Shown here: piece after piece, positions 50,515-59,671 of the stretch | How positions within the stretch are numbered: the stretch's first letter is position 1 | Layout of the letters: every line of letters begins with the position of its first letter | From: an uncultured bacterium | Lineage (GTDB): Bacteria > Patescibacteriota > Minisyncoccia > UBA6257 > 2-01-FULL-56-20 | Direction of reading: 5' to 3' | Length of the DNA stretch: 64,000 bases | NCBI GenBank assembly: GCA_963768625.1 | Contig: CAVYIK010000003.1 | Coordinates: 625 to 64,624 of the forward strand | Made by a program: the position numbers and the translations under genes | The notes under the pieces: model-generated | Databases searched by the model: none | Told to the model about the DNA's origin: nothing | The model's input: the letters and a program-made list of their open reading frames with translations, nothing else

Positions 50515-50542
50515 ACAGGCCGCTGCGCGCGGCCTGTTTTTT
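50515..50542. terminator. hairpin terminator downstream of rplS
   Basis: ACAGGCCGC-tgcgc-GCGGCCTGT, flanked by AAAA and TTTTTT. Confidence 0.65.
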
Positions 50543-50564
50543 CAATCTTATCGTATAGCCAAAC

Positions 50565-50867
50565 CTAGAGCGACACGTCGAGCTTCTGCCTCAACCGCGC
50601 GCCGGAGATGCCGCGGACGAAATAGAGCTTTGAGCGATGCACTTTCTTGGGGCTTGAAACAACCTCTACCTTCACGATGGAAGGCGAGTGGACAGGATAG
50701 ACCTTCTCCACCCCCACGCCCGCGAGGACCGTCCGGACCGTGAATGTGGCACCGGCTTCGGAGCCGTGCTTGCGCGAAAGAACCAACCCCTCGAACGGGG
50801 TCTTTCCTTCATACACCCGGACCTTCGCTCCGGGCCTTATTTTTTTGATAATTTCTTCCGAGATCAT
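50565..50867 (-). CDS. rplS: 50S ribosomal protein L19
   Basis: 100 aa: KIRPGAKVRV..FEGLVLSRKHGSEAGATFTVR..GVEKVYPVHSP. Confidence 0.9.
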   Translation of the reverse strand: MISEEIIKKIRPGAKVRVYEGKTPFEGLVLSRKHGSEAGATFTVRTVLAGVGVEKVYPVHSPSIVKVEVVSSPKKVHRSKLYFVRGISGARLRQKLDVSL

Positions 50868-51238
50868 GGTACTAATGTTTTTATTTTTCCGATAAGATCG
50901 TCTATGGATATCTTCACCTTCACGAAATACTCCCGCGCACCGAGCTGCCGCGCCTTCTCAATGTCCGAATCCTGGGCAAGGTTGCTCAAGATGACGACGG
51001 GCACTTTCTCAAAGCCCGGCGTGATGGAGATCATCTGCAATACCTCGAATCCGGTGACCTTCGGCATGATGAGATCAAGGATCACGAGGTTCGGCTTTTC
51101 GTCGCGCAGCAATTTGATAGCCTCTTCGCCGTCGAACGCCTGTTCCACCTTGAAGCCGTCCTTTTCCAGGCGCGCCTTGATCAGCGAGGACAAAAACCGA
51201 TCGTCCTCGATGACCATTATTTTTTTGATTTCCGGCAT
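50864..51238 (-). CDS. single-domain response regulator (CheY-like receiver)
   Basis: IMVIEDD.., ..PNLVILDLIMPKVTGFE.., ..VILSNL.. (D-D-K receiver pattern). Confidence 0.85.
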   Translation of the reverse strand: MPEIKKIMVIEDDRFLSSLIKARLEKDGFKVEQAFDGEEAIKLLRDEKPNLVILDLIMPKVTGFEVLQMISITPGFEKVPVVILSNLAQDSDIEKARQLGAREYFVKVKISIDDLIGKIKTLVP

Positions 51239-51245
51239 GACTTTA

Positions 51246-51251
51246 ATTATA
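51246..51251 (-). promoter_or_regulatory. -10 box TATAAT 7 nt upstream of the response-regulator ATG, about 36 nt after the 16S 3' end
   Basis: Minus strand reads gcTATAATtaaagtcATG. Confidence 0.4.
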
Positions 51252-51286
51252 GCAAAGAGCTTTTTAGTTGTCCCATTTATCGACTT

Positions 51287-52818
<1,532 letters not shown>

Positions 52819-52989
52819 GAATTTGAGTTATTCGCTCAAACCCTCTATAGAGGGGTTCGAGTGAACTCTGATGCGGCATTTTGTTATTCGGAAACGCCGC
52901 CAAAACGAATAAAGAATAAATGGTGACAACTAAAAAACTCTCTACTGCTATTCAATTGTGAAGCTGCTGTCGCGTGCATCACGGGTTCA

Positions 52990-53017
52990 AGTGTACCAGA
53001 ACGGGCCGGCGTGTCAA
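52990..53017 (-). promoter_or_regulatory. candidate 16S rRNA promoter
   Basis: Minus strand reads TTGACA-16 nt-TACACT, about 170 nt upstream of the mature 5' end. Confidence 0.35.
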
Positions 53018-53061
53018 TCCCCCGCCGCGCGGCGGGCGCGGGGCGCGCGACCGGCGCGCGA

Positions 53062-53090
53062 TTGACGACGGCGGGACCCCACGATATACT
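53062..53090 (+). promoter_or_regulatory. candidate rpmE promoter (near-leaderless)
   Basis: TTGACG-17 nt-TATACT. The ATGs at 53094 and 53100 lie 3 and 9 nt downstream. Confidence 0.4.
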
Positions 53091-53099
53091 CCTATGGCT

Positions 53100-53348
53100 A
53101 TGAAAAAGGACATCCACCCCACCTATTTCCCGAAGGCGAAGATCGTCTGTTCCTGCGGTAATACGATGACCATCGGCGCGACGAAGGCCGAGATCCACGT
53201 TGAAATCTGTTCCAAATGCCACCCCTTTTATACGGGCGAGGAGAAGCTTATTGACACGGCGGGCCGCGTTGAGAAGTTCAAGACGCGCCGCTCAAAAGCA
53301 GACACCGAGCCAAAAGTGAAGAAGGTGCGCGTAAAGAAAGTACGCTAG
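53100..53348 (+). CDS. rpmE: 50S ribosomal protein L31 (Zn-ribbon type)
   Basis: [27 protein letters not shown]. The alternative start is 53094. Confidence 0.9.
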   Translation: MKKDIHPTYFPKAKIVCSCGNTMTIGATKAEIHVEICSKCHPFYTGEEKLIDTAGRVEKFKTRRSKADTEPKVKKVRVKKVR

Positions 53349-53378
53349 GAAAACGACTGCGACAAGGAGAATAGAACA

Positions 53379-53407
53379 CCGCCCGCATCACCGCGGGCGG
53401 TTTTCTT
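53379..53407 (+). terminator. Rho-independent terminator after rpmE
   Basis: CCGCCCGC-atcac-GCGGGCGG followed by TTTTCTT. Confidence 0.8.
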
Positions 53408-53492
53408 GCTATTTTATTAGAAATATGTTAAAACCTTCCCGTGCGCTTCGCTCTTTGATAACGCACAAATACTACGGAAAGAAGGAAAAAGA

Positions 53493-54143
53493 ATGAAGAA
53501 AAAGCTTCTCACGATCGCTTTATTGGCGTTCTTTTTGACGTTGATCATCGGTCCGACTTCGCGTGCCCAGACCCCGAATCCGCCGGCGACCATATCCGGA
53601 ACGGCTGAACAGGTCACGGGCCTCACCGCTGGCGATCCAACGACGAACGGAGCGTCGGTCGTAAGTACGACCGGCATTGCGTTCAACGGGACGAGCAACA
53701 AGCTCCCCTCGGGTCTCGCCGGTACAGGAAAGGTAACCGGTGACGTCACTGCCTTTTCAGTCAAAGACCCAACGGCTAGCCACGCTGGTTTCACGGGAAA
53801 CGGCACTGCAGTCGTTAACCTGAACCCCGACAAAAAGGGAACAGGAACGGTCTCGCTGAACGGCAACCTGGCTGGCAACTCGATCAGTACGCTCGGTGAC
53901 TGCTCCTCTGGCAGTTGTGCGGGAGCCGCCGTCACGAGCAACCTGACCCTGAACTTCTCGAAAGATACCAAGGGGAAGCCTGTCGGCGGAAATGCCGTCA
54001 TGGTTACTAACGGAACTACTTCCGCAAAACTTACCCCCAACTCCGCCGAATCAACCGCGTCTGTGTCGGCAGGATTATGCCTGACGAAAACGCAAAACCC
54101 CCCACCCGCCCCGCCTTGTGGCGAGAAAGGATGTGGGAAGTAA
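53493..54143 (+). CDS. secreted G/T/N/S-rich hypothetical protein with a Cys-rich tail
   Basis: Signal MKKKLLTIALLAFFLTLIIGPTSRAQT; C-terminus CLTKTQNPPPAPPCGEKGCGK; AAGGAAAAAGA upstream of the ATG. Confidence 0.55.
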   Translation: MKKKLLTIALLAFFLTLIIGPTSRAQTPNPPATISGTAEQVTGLTAGDPTTNGASVVSTTGIAFNGTSNKLPSGLAGTGKVTGDVTAFSVKDPTASHAGFTGNGTAVVNLNPDKKGTGTVSLNGNLAGNSISTLGDCSSGSCAGAAVTSNLTLNFSKDTKGKPVGGNAVMVTNGTTSAKLTPNSAESTASVSAGLCLTKTQNPPPAPPCGEKGCGK

Positions 54144-54226
54144 CGAAAAGAACGGCGGGCAAGGAGACGGCGGCGTCATAGCTGTCGTCTCCTCCTGAAT
54201 CAAAAAAAGAACTCCAGGAGGCATGA

Positions 54227-55480
54227 ATGAAGAAGGTCTTGTTGTTAGTCATCTTGTTGTCTTGCTGTTTCTCTGCGCCTTCCTTGGCACAGCAGGGCAG
54301 CGGCGATCCCCCACCGAGTGGTGGTGGGAGCGTGCAAGGAACAGCGACTGCCGCAGCGCAAGTCAACAGCTATGGGAGCACCCAGCTTCCGACCGTGAAT
54401 TCATTTCTTGGCACGCCAGGGCCGATACCCGCGTTTTCCCCTGTCAACCCAGGGGAACCGATGCTGTACCTGCCTACCTTGTTCCGCTCGTTGACCGTAA
54501 AACAATTGCGTTCAATGGCGAAAAAGCATGGCACCCGGGGGAAGATCAAGGTCAGCGTAGAGGTTGTGAACGACAGCGCCGTAGAACCGAATGACGATCC
54601 AGTGCATTTCATCACATTCCTGCCGGAACCAGACCATGTGGTCGGCATCAGCTATGGTGAAAGCATCGGGCCGAACCAGGACGGAAACCTTGCAACGACC
54701 ATCCTGGCGCTCAAAGAACGAACCCACACGAGGTACGCGCTCATTATCGTGACGCAAGGTATCGCGGGAGTTACCCAAGCGAATACCCTCGGCGTTACCG
54801 GCGTGGTCTCGGCTCTCGCGGCCGGGAAAGGCTTTGGGGTAACCCCTGGATATCTCCGGGGCTCAAGCACTACCATCGCCCAGCAGACATTTACCTTCAG
54901 GGTCATCGGCTTCGACTTTAAGGAGCCTCCCCCTGAACCAGAAACGAAGTCGCAAGCGCCACCACCGCCGCCGTCGGCATCCCAGCCGAAAGCTGGAGAA
55001 CCGAAGGAGGCAGCACCGGCAGTTGTTCAACAACCTCCGGCGCAACAACCCGCGCAACCTACACAACCTCCAACGCCGACTCCGCAAGCACCGCCGCCAG
55101 AAGCAGCGTGCTGCAAGGAGATACTGCAATTCGTCGTGTATTTCGACTATGATCGGCCCCTAAAAGGCCACTATGAAGTGCCACCGACATACATGCCCGA
55201 GATCGAAAGGGCCGCCAAGTGGTTGGCCGACCATAAGAGTTGCCAATTGGAGATCGAAGGGAACGCCGACCAAAGAGGCGGCGATGATTACAATGCGGCT
55301 CTCGGCCGAAGACGGTCAAGAGCTGTTTACCTAGCAATGCTCGCGCAGGACAAAACCCTAAAGGACCGGCTGAAGTTTTCTTCGTTCAGCAAGGATCGTC
55401 CGGTGTCGTCAGAGTATCGCAATTACGGCCTGAACCGCAGGGTAATCCTGCAGGTCGTCGGGCCGGAAAGCTCGAAGTAA
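54227..55480 (+). CDS. secreted protein with a Pro-rich linker and a C-terminal OmpA/MotB/Pal-like peptidoglycan-binding domain
   Basis: Signal MKKVLLLVILLSCCFSAPSLAQQ. C-terminus ..IEGNADQRGGDDYNAALGRRRSRAVYLAM..NRRVIL. GGAGG upstream. Confidence 0.7.
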   Translation: MKKVLLLVILLSCCFSAPSLAQQGSGDPPPSGGGSVQGTATAAAQVNSYGSTQLPTVNSFLGTPGPIPAFSPVNPGEPMLYLPTLFRSLTVKQLRSMAKKHGTRGKIKVSVEVVNDSAVEPNDDPVHFITFLPEPDHVVGISYGESIGPNQDGNLATTILALKERTHTRYALIIVTQGIAGVTQANTLGVTGVVSALAAGKGFGVTPGYLRGSSTTIAQQTFTFRVIGFDFKEPPPEPETKSQAPPPPPSASQPKAGEPKEAAPAVVQQPPAQQPAQPTQPPTPTPQAPPPEAACCKEILQFVVYFDYDRPLKGHYEVPPTYMPEIERAAKWLADHKSCQLEIEGNADQRGGDDYNAALGRRRSRAVYLAMLAQDKTLKDRLKFSSFSKDRPVSSEYRNYGLNRRVILQVVGPESSK

Positions 55481-55618
55481 GAAGTCGCGGTCGCAATGAA
55501 CAGACGGCCGATGGGCGAGGTCCTCAAAAAGGATCCGCCCATCGTCCACCGTTTACCTCTCCCGCCTAGGTCCATCTGGACAAAGACGGGGCCCATCTGG
55601 GCAGAAAAGGAGCTTCAC

Positions 55619-56428
55619 GTGAAAAGCATTCTTCTTGTAGCATTCTCTTTTCTTCTGAGTTTGACCCCGGTTGTCGCAGCTTCGACCGTTTCGGGCGATG
55701 CCGAAATCACCGGTTACGGAGATAACGAATTCGCAGTGAAGGAAACCATCGAGCAGCAGATCAGCGAGAACGTGGTTGTTCGCCTTTCGAAGCAGCTTTC
55801 AGCGATAGGTGGCCGCAGCCATATCGTCATCTCAATCATTGGCTCAGCCGACCGGACCGGGCCAGCGAGCTTCAACGATGACCTGGGCAAGAAAAGGGCC
55901 GAAGAGGTCAAGGCGTTCCTCTCGCTGAAGTTCCCTGATGCGAAAATCGTCACTCGCACAAAGGGCTATGAATTGAATACCAAGACGGTGTTCGTCCACT
56001 GGGAGATCTCTGCTCTTGCACTGCCACCGGCGGCGCCTAAGCGGGAAACTCACTGGGCGGCGATAATGCCCTGGGCGGTTCCGTTCCTTGGAACGATAGC
56101 ACTGATTGCAGCTCTTTTAGCCTACTTGTTCTCAAGGAACAGGGCGCAGGAAGAAGCGTTCGCGCCAGAACCGGCACCGACCGTCGAATGGGCGGAGGCG
56201 ACCTGGGAAAAAGATGGGAAAGTTTACCGCACACCGATGACGCAGAAAGACGGTGTTTGGCGCTTGCCCTTCTTAACTGAAAAAGAACCGGTTGGTATCC
56301 TGTCCAGGAAAGATAAAGGCCAGGCAAGAGGAGCCGTCAAAAGCTCCATGAAGAATCCCAACCGGAGGACGGAGATCGAAGGATTGATTTCTTCCGGCGT
56401 AATCAAGAAGGAGGAGAAGTATGCGTAA
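55619..56428 (+). CDS. bitopic protein: signal peptide, OmpA-like domain, TM helix, cytoplasmic tail
   Basis: GTG start after AAGGAG. VKSILLVAFSFLLSLTPVVAAS; ..IIGSADRTGPASFNDDLGKKRAEEV..; TM AIMPWAVPFLGTIALIAALLAYLF. The track ORF starts at 55496. Confidence 0.55.
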   Translation: MKSILLVAFSFLLSLTPVVAASTVSGDAEITGYGDNEFAVKETIEQQISENVVVRLSKQLSAIGGRSHIVISIIGSADRTGPASFNDDLGKKRAEEVKAFLSLKFPDAKIVTRTKGYELNTKTVFVHWEISALALPPAAPKRETHWAAIMPWAVPFLGTIALIAALLAYLFSRNRAQEEAFAPEPAPTVEWAEATWEKDGKVYRTPMTQKDGVWRLPFLTEKEPVGILSRKDKGQARGAVKSSMKNPNRRTEIEGLISSGVIKKEEKYA

Positions 56429-57017
56429 GCGGGCAGCGTGGTTCATTGGAATAATCCTCGCGGTTGTCTTCGGGCTATTTATTGCCTGGAGCATTCACGA
56501 GACGCCACCCCCGGCGAAAGTGGTGAAAACCGCTCCGCCCATCTCCCGCGTACCCCAGCCCATATCTCGTCCGAGTGCCGCACAGGTGTTCGCTGAGAAA
56601 CTGAAGCTGGGTACCATAGGGAACAGAGAGGGCTTCGAGCATCCGATCATACGGCAGCTCGTGTCCACTCCGGCATCCTGCGGATATTCGGGAGACGTTT
56701 CTCAGGCTGGCGCGGTAACCGCATGGGCGCAGCACAAGGCTGACCTGGTCGCCGTTCGGACTGGGTTCCATGACTGGAAGTTTCGCGGAGAAGTCCGTTT
56801 CAAACATCCAGGTCAAGTAGCCTATGTTGTGGAATGCGGTGGCGGGGACGTTCTACAGGTGAGTGAGTACGCAGTGAGCGGGAGTGGGACTCAGAGCGCC
56901 CCACGGAACGTTCAAATGGCTGGCAGCTACTTGCAGGCGCAATTCCTCGGAACGCCGGGGAGCGAGCGCCTCCAGCCCTACCAGTACCTTTATACAGGCG
57001 GCGGGCAGGACGGATAG
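56421..57017 (+). CDS. membrane-anchored hypothetical protein
   Basis: MRKRAAWFIGIILAVVFGLFIAW anchor. GAAGGAGGAG upstream. Overlaps the previous stop by 8 nt. Confidence 0.5.
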   Translation: MRKRAAWFIGIILAVVFGLFIAWSIHETPPPAKVVKTAPPISRVPQPISRPSAAQVFAEKLKLGTIGNREGFEHPIIRQLVSTPASCGYSGDVSQAGAVTAWAQHKADLVAVRTGFHDWKFRGEVRFKHPGQVAYVVECGGGDVLQVSEYAVSGSGTQSAPRNVQMAGSYLQAQFLGTPGSERLQPYQYLYTGGGQDG

Positions 57018-57092
57018 CGTCTACGCCCGTTGCCCCGATCAATACGAGGTAGGCCGGTTTTCTTGAAATGTGATTCTTGTTTTCGGACGGAC

Positions 57093-57176
57093 GCTCATCT
57101 GAGCAGCCGTATAAAAAAGAACCATCTGGTTCTTCGTTCGAACGTCCATCTGGATGTGAGAACCGCTCATCTGAGC
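57093..57176 (+). repeat. array of four short palindromes / stem-loops centred on CATCTG
   Basis: GCTCATCTGAGC (57093-57104), GAACCATCTGGTTC (57119-57132), GTCCATCTGGAT (57144-57155), GCTCATCTGAGC (57165-57176). Confidence 0.8.
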
Positions 57177-57240
57177 GTCTGGAAAATAAGGAAAGCAGAC
57201 CAGGAATATCGGTGTACTATCGCTTGATCCAAAAATTCAA

Positions 57241-57271
57241 GAGGCGACCACATTGTGGATCGCCTCTTTTT
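57241..57271 (+). terminator. Rho-independent terminator closing the 57.0-57.27 kb intergenic transcript
   Basis: GAGGCGA-ccacattgtgga-TCGCCTC followed by TTTTT. Confidence 0.7.
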
Positions 57272-58015
57272 CTATCTTTTTTTCGGAATGCTTATAAAGA
57301 ACGTGGAGCCCTTCCCTTCTCCTGCAGATTCCACCCAGATCTTTCCCTTGTGCGCTTCAATGAAGATCTTTGCCACATGGAGGCCGAGGCCGCTCCCGCG
57401 GATCTCGCGCTTCACACGCTCGTCGCGGACAAACTCTTCAAAGAGGAATGGCTGGACGCCCTTGGAAATACCGATGCCCGAATCGGCCACCGAGAGCACG
57501 ACCGCCTCCCCCTTCTCTTCCACTTTCACCTTCACAAAACCTTTCTCGGTATATTTCACGGCGTTGTCCACCAGGTTCTGGATGACATGCCGCAATTTCT
57601 GTTCATCGCCCGAGACGACAATCTCTTTCTCCGGCGCCTCAAAGCTCAAATTCAATCCCTTGCTTGTTGCGAGGTGCCCAAGCTCTTCCGCTGCCCGCCG
57701 GGCGAGCCCAACGAAATCCACGTCCTCCATCCGATATTCCATCTTGCCCTCCTCCACTTTGCGCAGGTCGATCACGTTGTCCACGAGATTCACCATGTCC
57801 TCCGCCGCCGATTCTATCTTTGCGACCACCTCGCGCGCGCGCTCGTCCATTTCTCCGTATGTCCCGTCGCGCAAAAGCGCCGTGTAACCACGAATGATGC
57901 CGAGAGGCGCCTTGAGCTGATGCGAGGTAAGCGCAAGGAGATGCATCTTGAAGTGGTTCATCTCCGCGAGCTCCGCATTCAATTTCCGCAATGCTTCCTT
58001 TTCTTCATCAGCCAT
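57272..58015 (-). CDS. soluble histidine kinase (HisKA + HATPase_c only, no sensor or TM region)
   Basis: H-box LTSHQLKAPL, N-box QNLVDNAVKYT, DSGIGI, GSGLGL. Confidence 0.85.
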   Translation of the reverse strand: MADEEKEALRKLNAELAEMNHFKMHLLALTSHQLKAPLGIIRGYTALLRDGTYGEMDERAREVVAKIESAAEDMVNLVDNVIDLRKVEEGKMEYRMEDVDFVGLARRAAEELGHLATSKGLNLSFEAPEKEIVVSGDEQKLRHVIQNLVDNAVKYTEKGFVKVKVEEKGEAVVLSVADSGIGISKGVQPFLFEEFVRDERVKREIRGSGLGLHVAKIFIEAHKGKIWVESAGEGKGSTFFISIPKKR

Positions 58016-58095
58016 ACCGGTATTGTAGCAATTTCCCCAAAATCGTGGTATAATAGGCGCAGCAGTAGTTGTAAATCCAACGGAGGGGTGTCCCG

Positions 58096-58693
58096 GTGTG
58101 GATAAAAGATAGCAAGAAGGAATTCTGGATTTGGCTAGGATGCTATGTCGCAGTTGTTCTGATCGCCACCGCCATCAGTGCGAGATTGGGAATGGCGGTA
58201 ACGCTCGCGATCGCCGACAGCGGAGCAAGCATCTACGTATGGGTGATGTTCCTTGGCCTTTCACTCCACGACGCAACGATTGCTGCGGGGCTCGTCGGCG
58301 CAGGCGCAGTGATCTTCATGTGGTACCGGCTGGGTCGCCTGTGGCGGCTTAATGCCAAAAAATCGCGAGAGGGCAGGCACTGGGCGCATGTCTTTCTCTT
58401 ATCCAGCGCTTGCCTTGTTAAGCGCGTTCCCTTTCTGCACGCTAATGGGCCTTATCGTCGGGTTCTGGTGCAGATTAAATAAGTGGGGAATTCTTGCGGT
58501 CGTTTTCGCAGGATTTCTCATGAGGCAATACGGAATGGCGAAGCTCTTTGGAATATTGAGTCTTCGTGCAGGTTTCATTCTTTGCGCTTCTCTTTTTGCC
58601 GCGGGCGGCATCGCTGAACTCGTTCGGCGAAAGCTGCCAGCAGCGTCCCTGCCCTCCCCTCCTTCAATTGAAGAGTTCGAAGCGGCGGACTAA
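58096..58693 (+). CDS. hypothetical multi-pass membrane protein(s), probably one gene with a frameshift around 58350-58480
   Basis: ORFs 58096..58482 and 58352..58693 overlap by 130 nt, and both are hydrophobic. Confidence 0.4.
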
Positions 58694-58721
58694 CACACCC
58701 CATCCGCTGTCTTCCCCAGAA

Positions 58722-58755
58722 CCCCGTACGCGGTGCAAGCGTGCGGGGTCTTTTT
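58722..58755 (+). terminator. Rho-independent terminator
   Basis: CCCCGTACGC-ggtgcaa-GCGTGCGGGG followed by TCTTTTT. Confidence 0.75.
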
Positions 58756-58782
58756 ATTCCCGCGCAGAGCTATGAGCGGAAC

Positions 58783-58852
58783 CGGGCCAGAGCAAAGGGG
58801 TTTGGAAGGAGTACTCGGAAGGGCTCCTTCCAAACCCCTTTGCTCTGGCCCG
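58783..58852. repeat. palindromic element, copy B (28-29 bp perfect stem, 12-nt loop)
   Basis: GGGCCAGAGCAAAGGGGTTTGGAAGGAG-tactcggaaggg-CTCCTTCCAAACCCCTTTGCTCTGGCCC. It lies immediately downstream of the minus-strand gene 58859..59254. Confidence 0.85.
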
Positions 58853-58858
58853 CAAGCC

Positions 58859-59254
58859 CTATTGTCGCGCGAGTATTTCCTTGACCTTCGTGACTATCGC
58901 ATTCAAGTCCCCCGTCTTATCCAGATAATCCTCCATCCCCAATTCCTTCGCGAGCTTGTCGCGATCGCTCCACGTCGTAGGCCACGGATCCTTCAGATTG
59001 CTCAAAAATGCGATCTTGATGTCCTTCGTCGCCGGGTTCTGCTTGATCTCCAAAGCGGCATCCGTCCCACTGTCACCCGGCATGCGGATATCCATAAGGA
59101 TGAGGTCGGGATGCAATTTTTGCGCGGCGTCTACTCCCTCCTTCGCATTGTAGGCAACGACCGGATCAAAACCGGCGCCGCTGATCTTCGTCGAAATGAT
59201 CTCAAGAATGTCGTGCTCGTCGTCAACAATGAGGACGAGCGGTTTTTCCCTCAT
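58859..59254 (-). CDS. single-domain response regulator (receiver)
   Basis: LIVDDEHD.., ..PDLILMDIRMPGDSG.., ..IAFLSNL.. Confidence 0.85.
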   Translation of the reverse strand: MREKPLVLIVDDEHDILEIISTKISGAGFDPVVAYNAKEGVDAAQKLHPDLILMDIRMPGDSGTDAALEIKQNPATKDIKIAFLSNLKDPWPTTWSDRDKLAKELGMEDYLDKTGDLNAIVTKVKEILARQ

Positions 59255-59640
59255 TGCAAGAACTCTTTTATCTTCTCGCCGAGCAGCTCAAGGTCTTCCG
59301 TCTTCTTCAAATAGCCCTGCGCGCCAACCTCGGCGGAGAACTTTTTATTGATCTCCTGCATCTCGGTGCGGGGATCGCCCAAGCTTGTGAGGAATACCAC
59401 GCGGATGTCCTTGAGCGCCGGGTTCTGCCGCATCGCGAGCACGGCCGTTGCGCCGTCCATTACGGGCATCTTCACGTCCATGAGTACGAGATTCGGTTTT
59501 TCCTTCGCCATTTTCTCAAGCGCCGCTTTCCCGTTCTCCGCGGTTTCCACCCTGAATCCCATAGCGCTCAATTTGGCCTTAAAGATCTCGCAGAAATCCG
59601 GCTCGTCGTCCACGACTAATATGAATGGTTGCGCCGCCAT
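59251..59640 (-). CDS. single-domain response regulator (receiver)
   Basis: MAAQPFILVVDDEPD.., ..PNLVLMDVKMPVMDG.., ..VVFLTSL... The track ORF extends to 59757. Confidence 0.85.
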   Translation of the reverse strand: MAAQPFILVVDDEPDFCEIFKAKLSAMGFRVETAENGKAALEKMAKEKPNLVLMDVKMPVMDGATAVLAMRQNPALKDIRVVFLTSLGDPRTEMQEINKKFSAEVGAQGYLKKTEDLELLGEKIKEFLQ

Positions 59641-59671
59641 CGTTTTGATACTATTATAACATACCAACAAC

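Noticed and set aside
54940-55100. Tandem DNA repeats in Pro-rich (54940-55100) and GNG-rich (5278-5310, 29560-29640) stretches
   Set aside because: These are coding low-complexity linkers within intact ORFs. The nucleotide units are imperfect and not arrayed like satellite or CRISPR repeats.
57030-57227. 65-aa ORF with a repeated xHLx peptide pattern
   Set aside because: The apparent peptide repeat is produced by the four CATCTG-centred DNA palindromes. There is no start context and the composition is implausible, so I treat the region as non-coding.
57077-58105. 342-aa ORF on the plus strand
   Set aside because: It is antisense to the histidine kinase gene (H, N and G boxes are present on the minus strand), so it is a shadow ORF.
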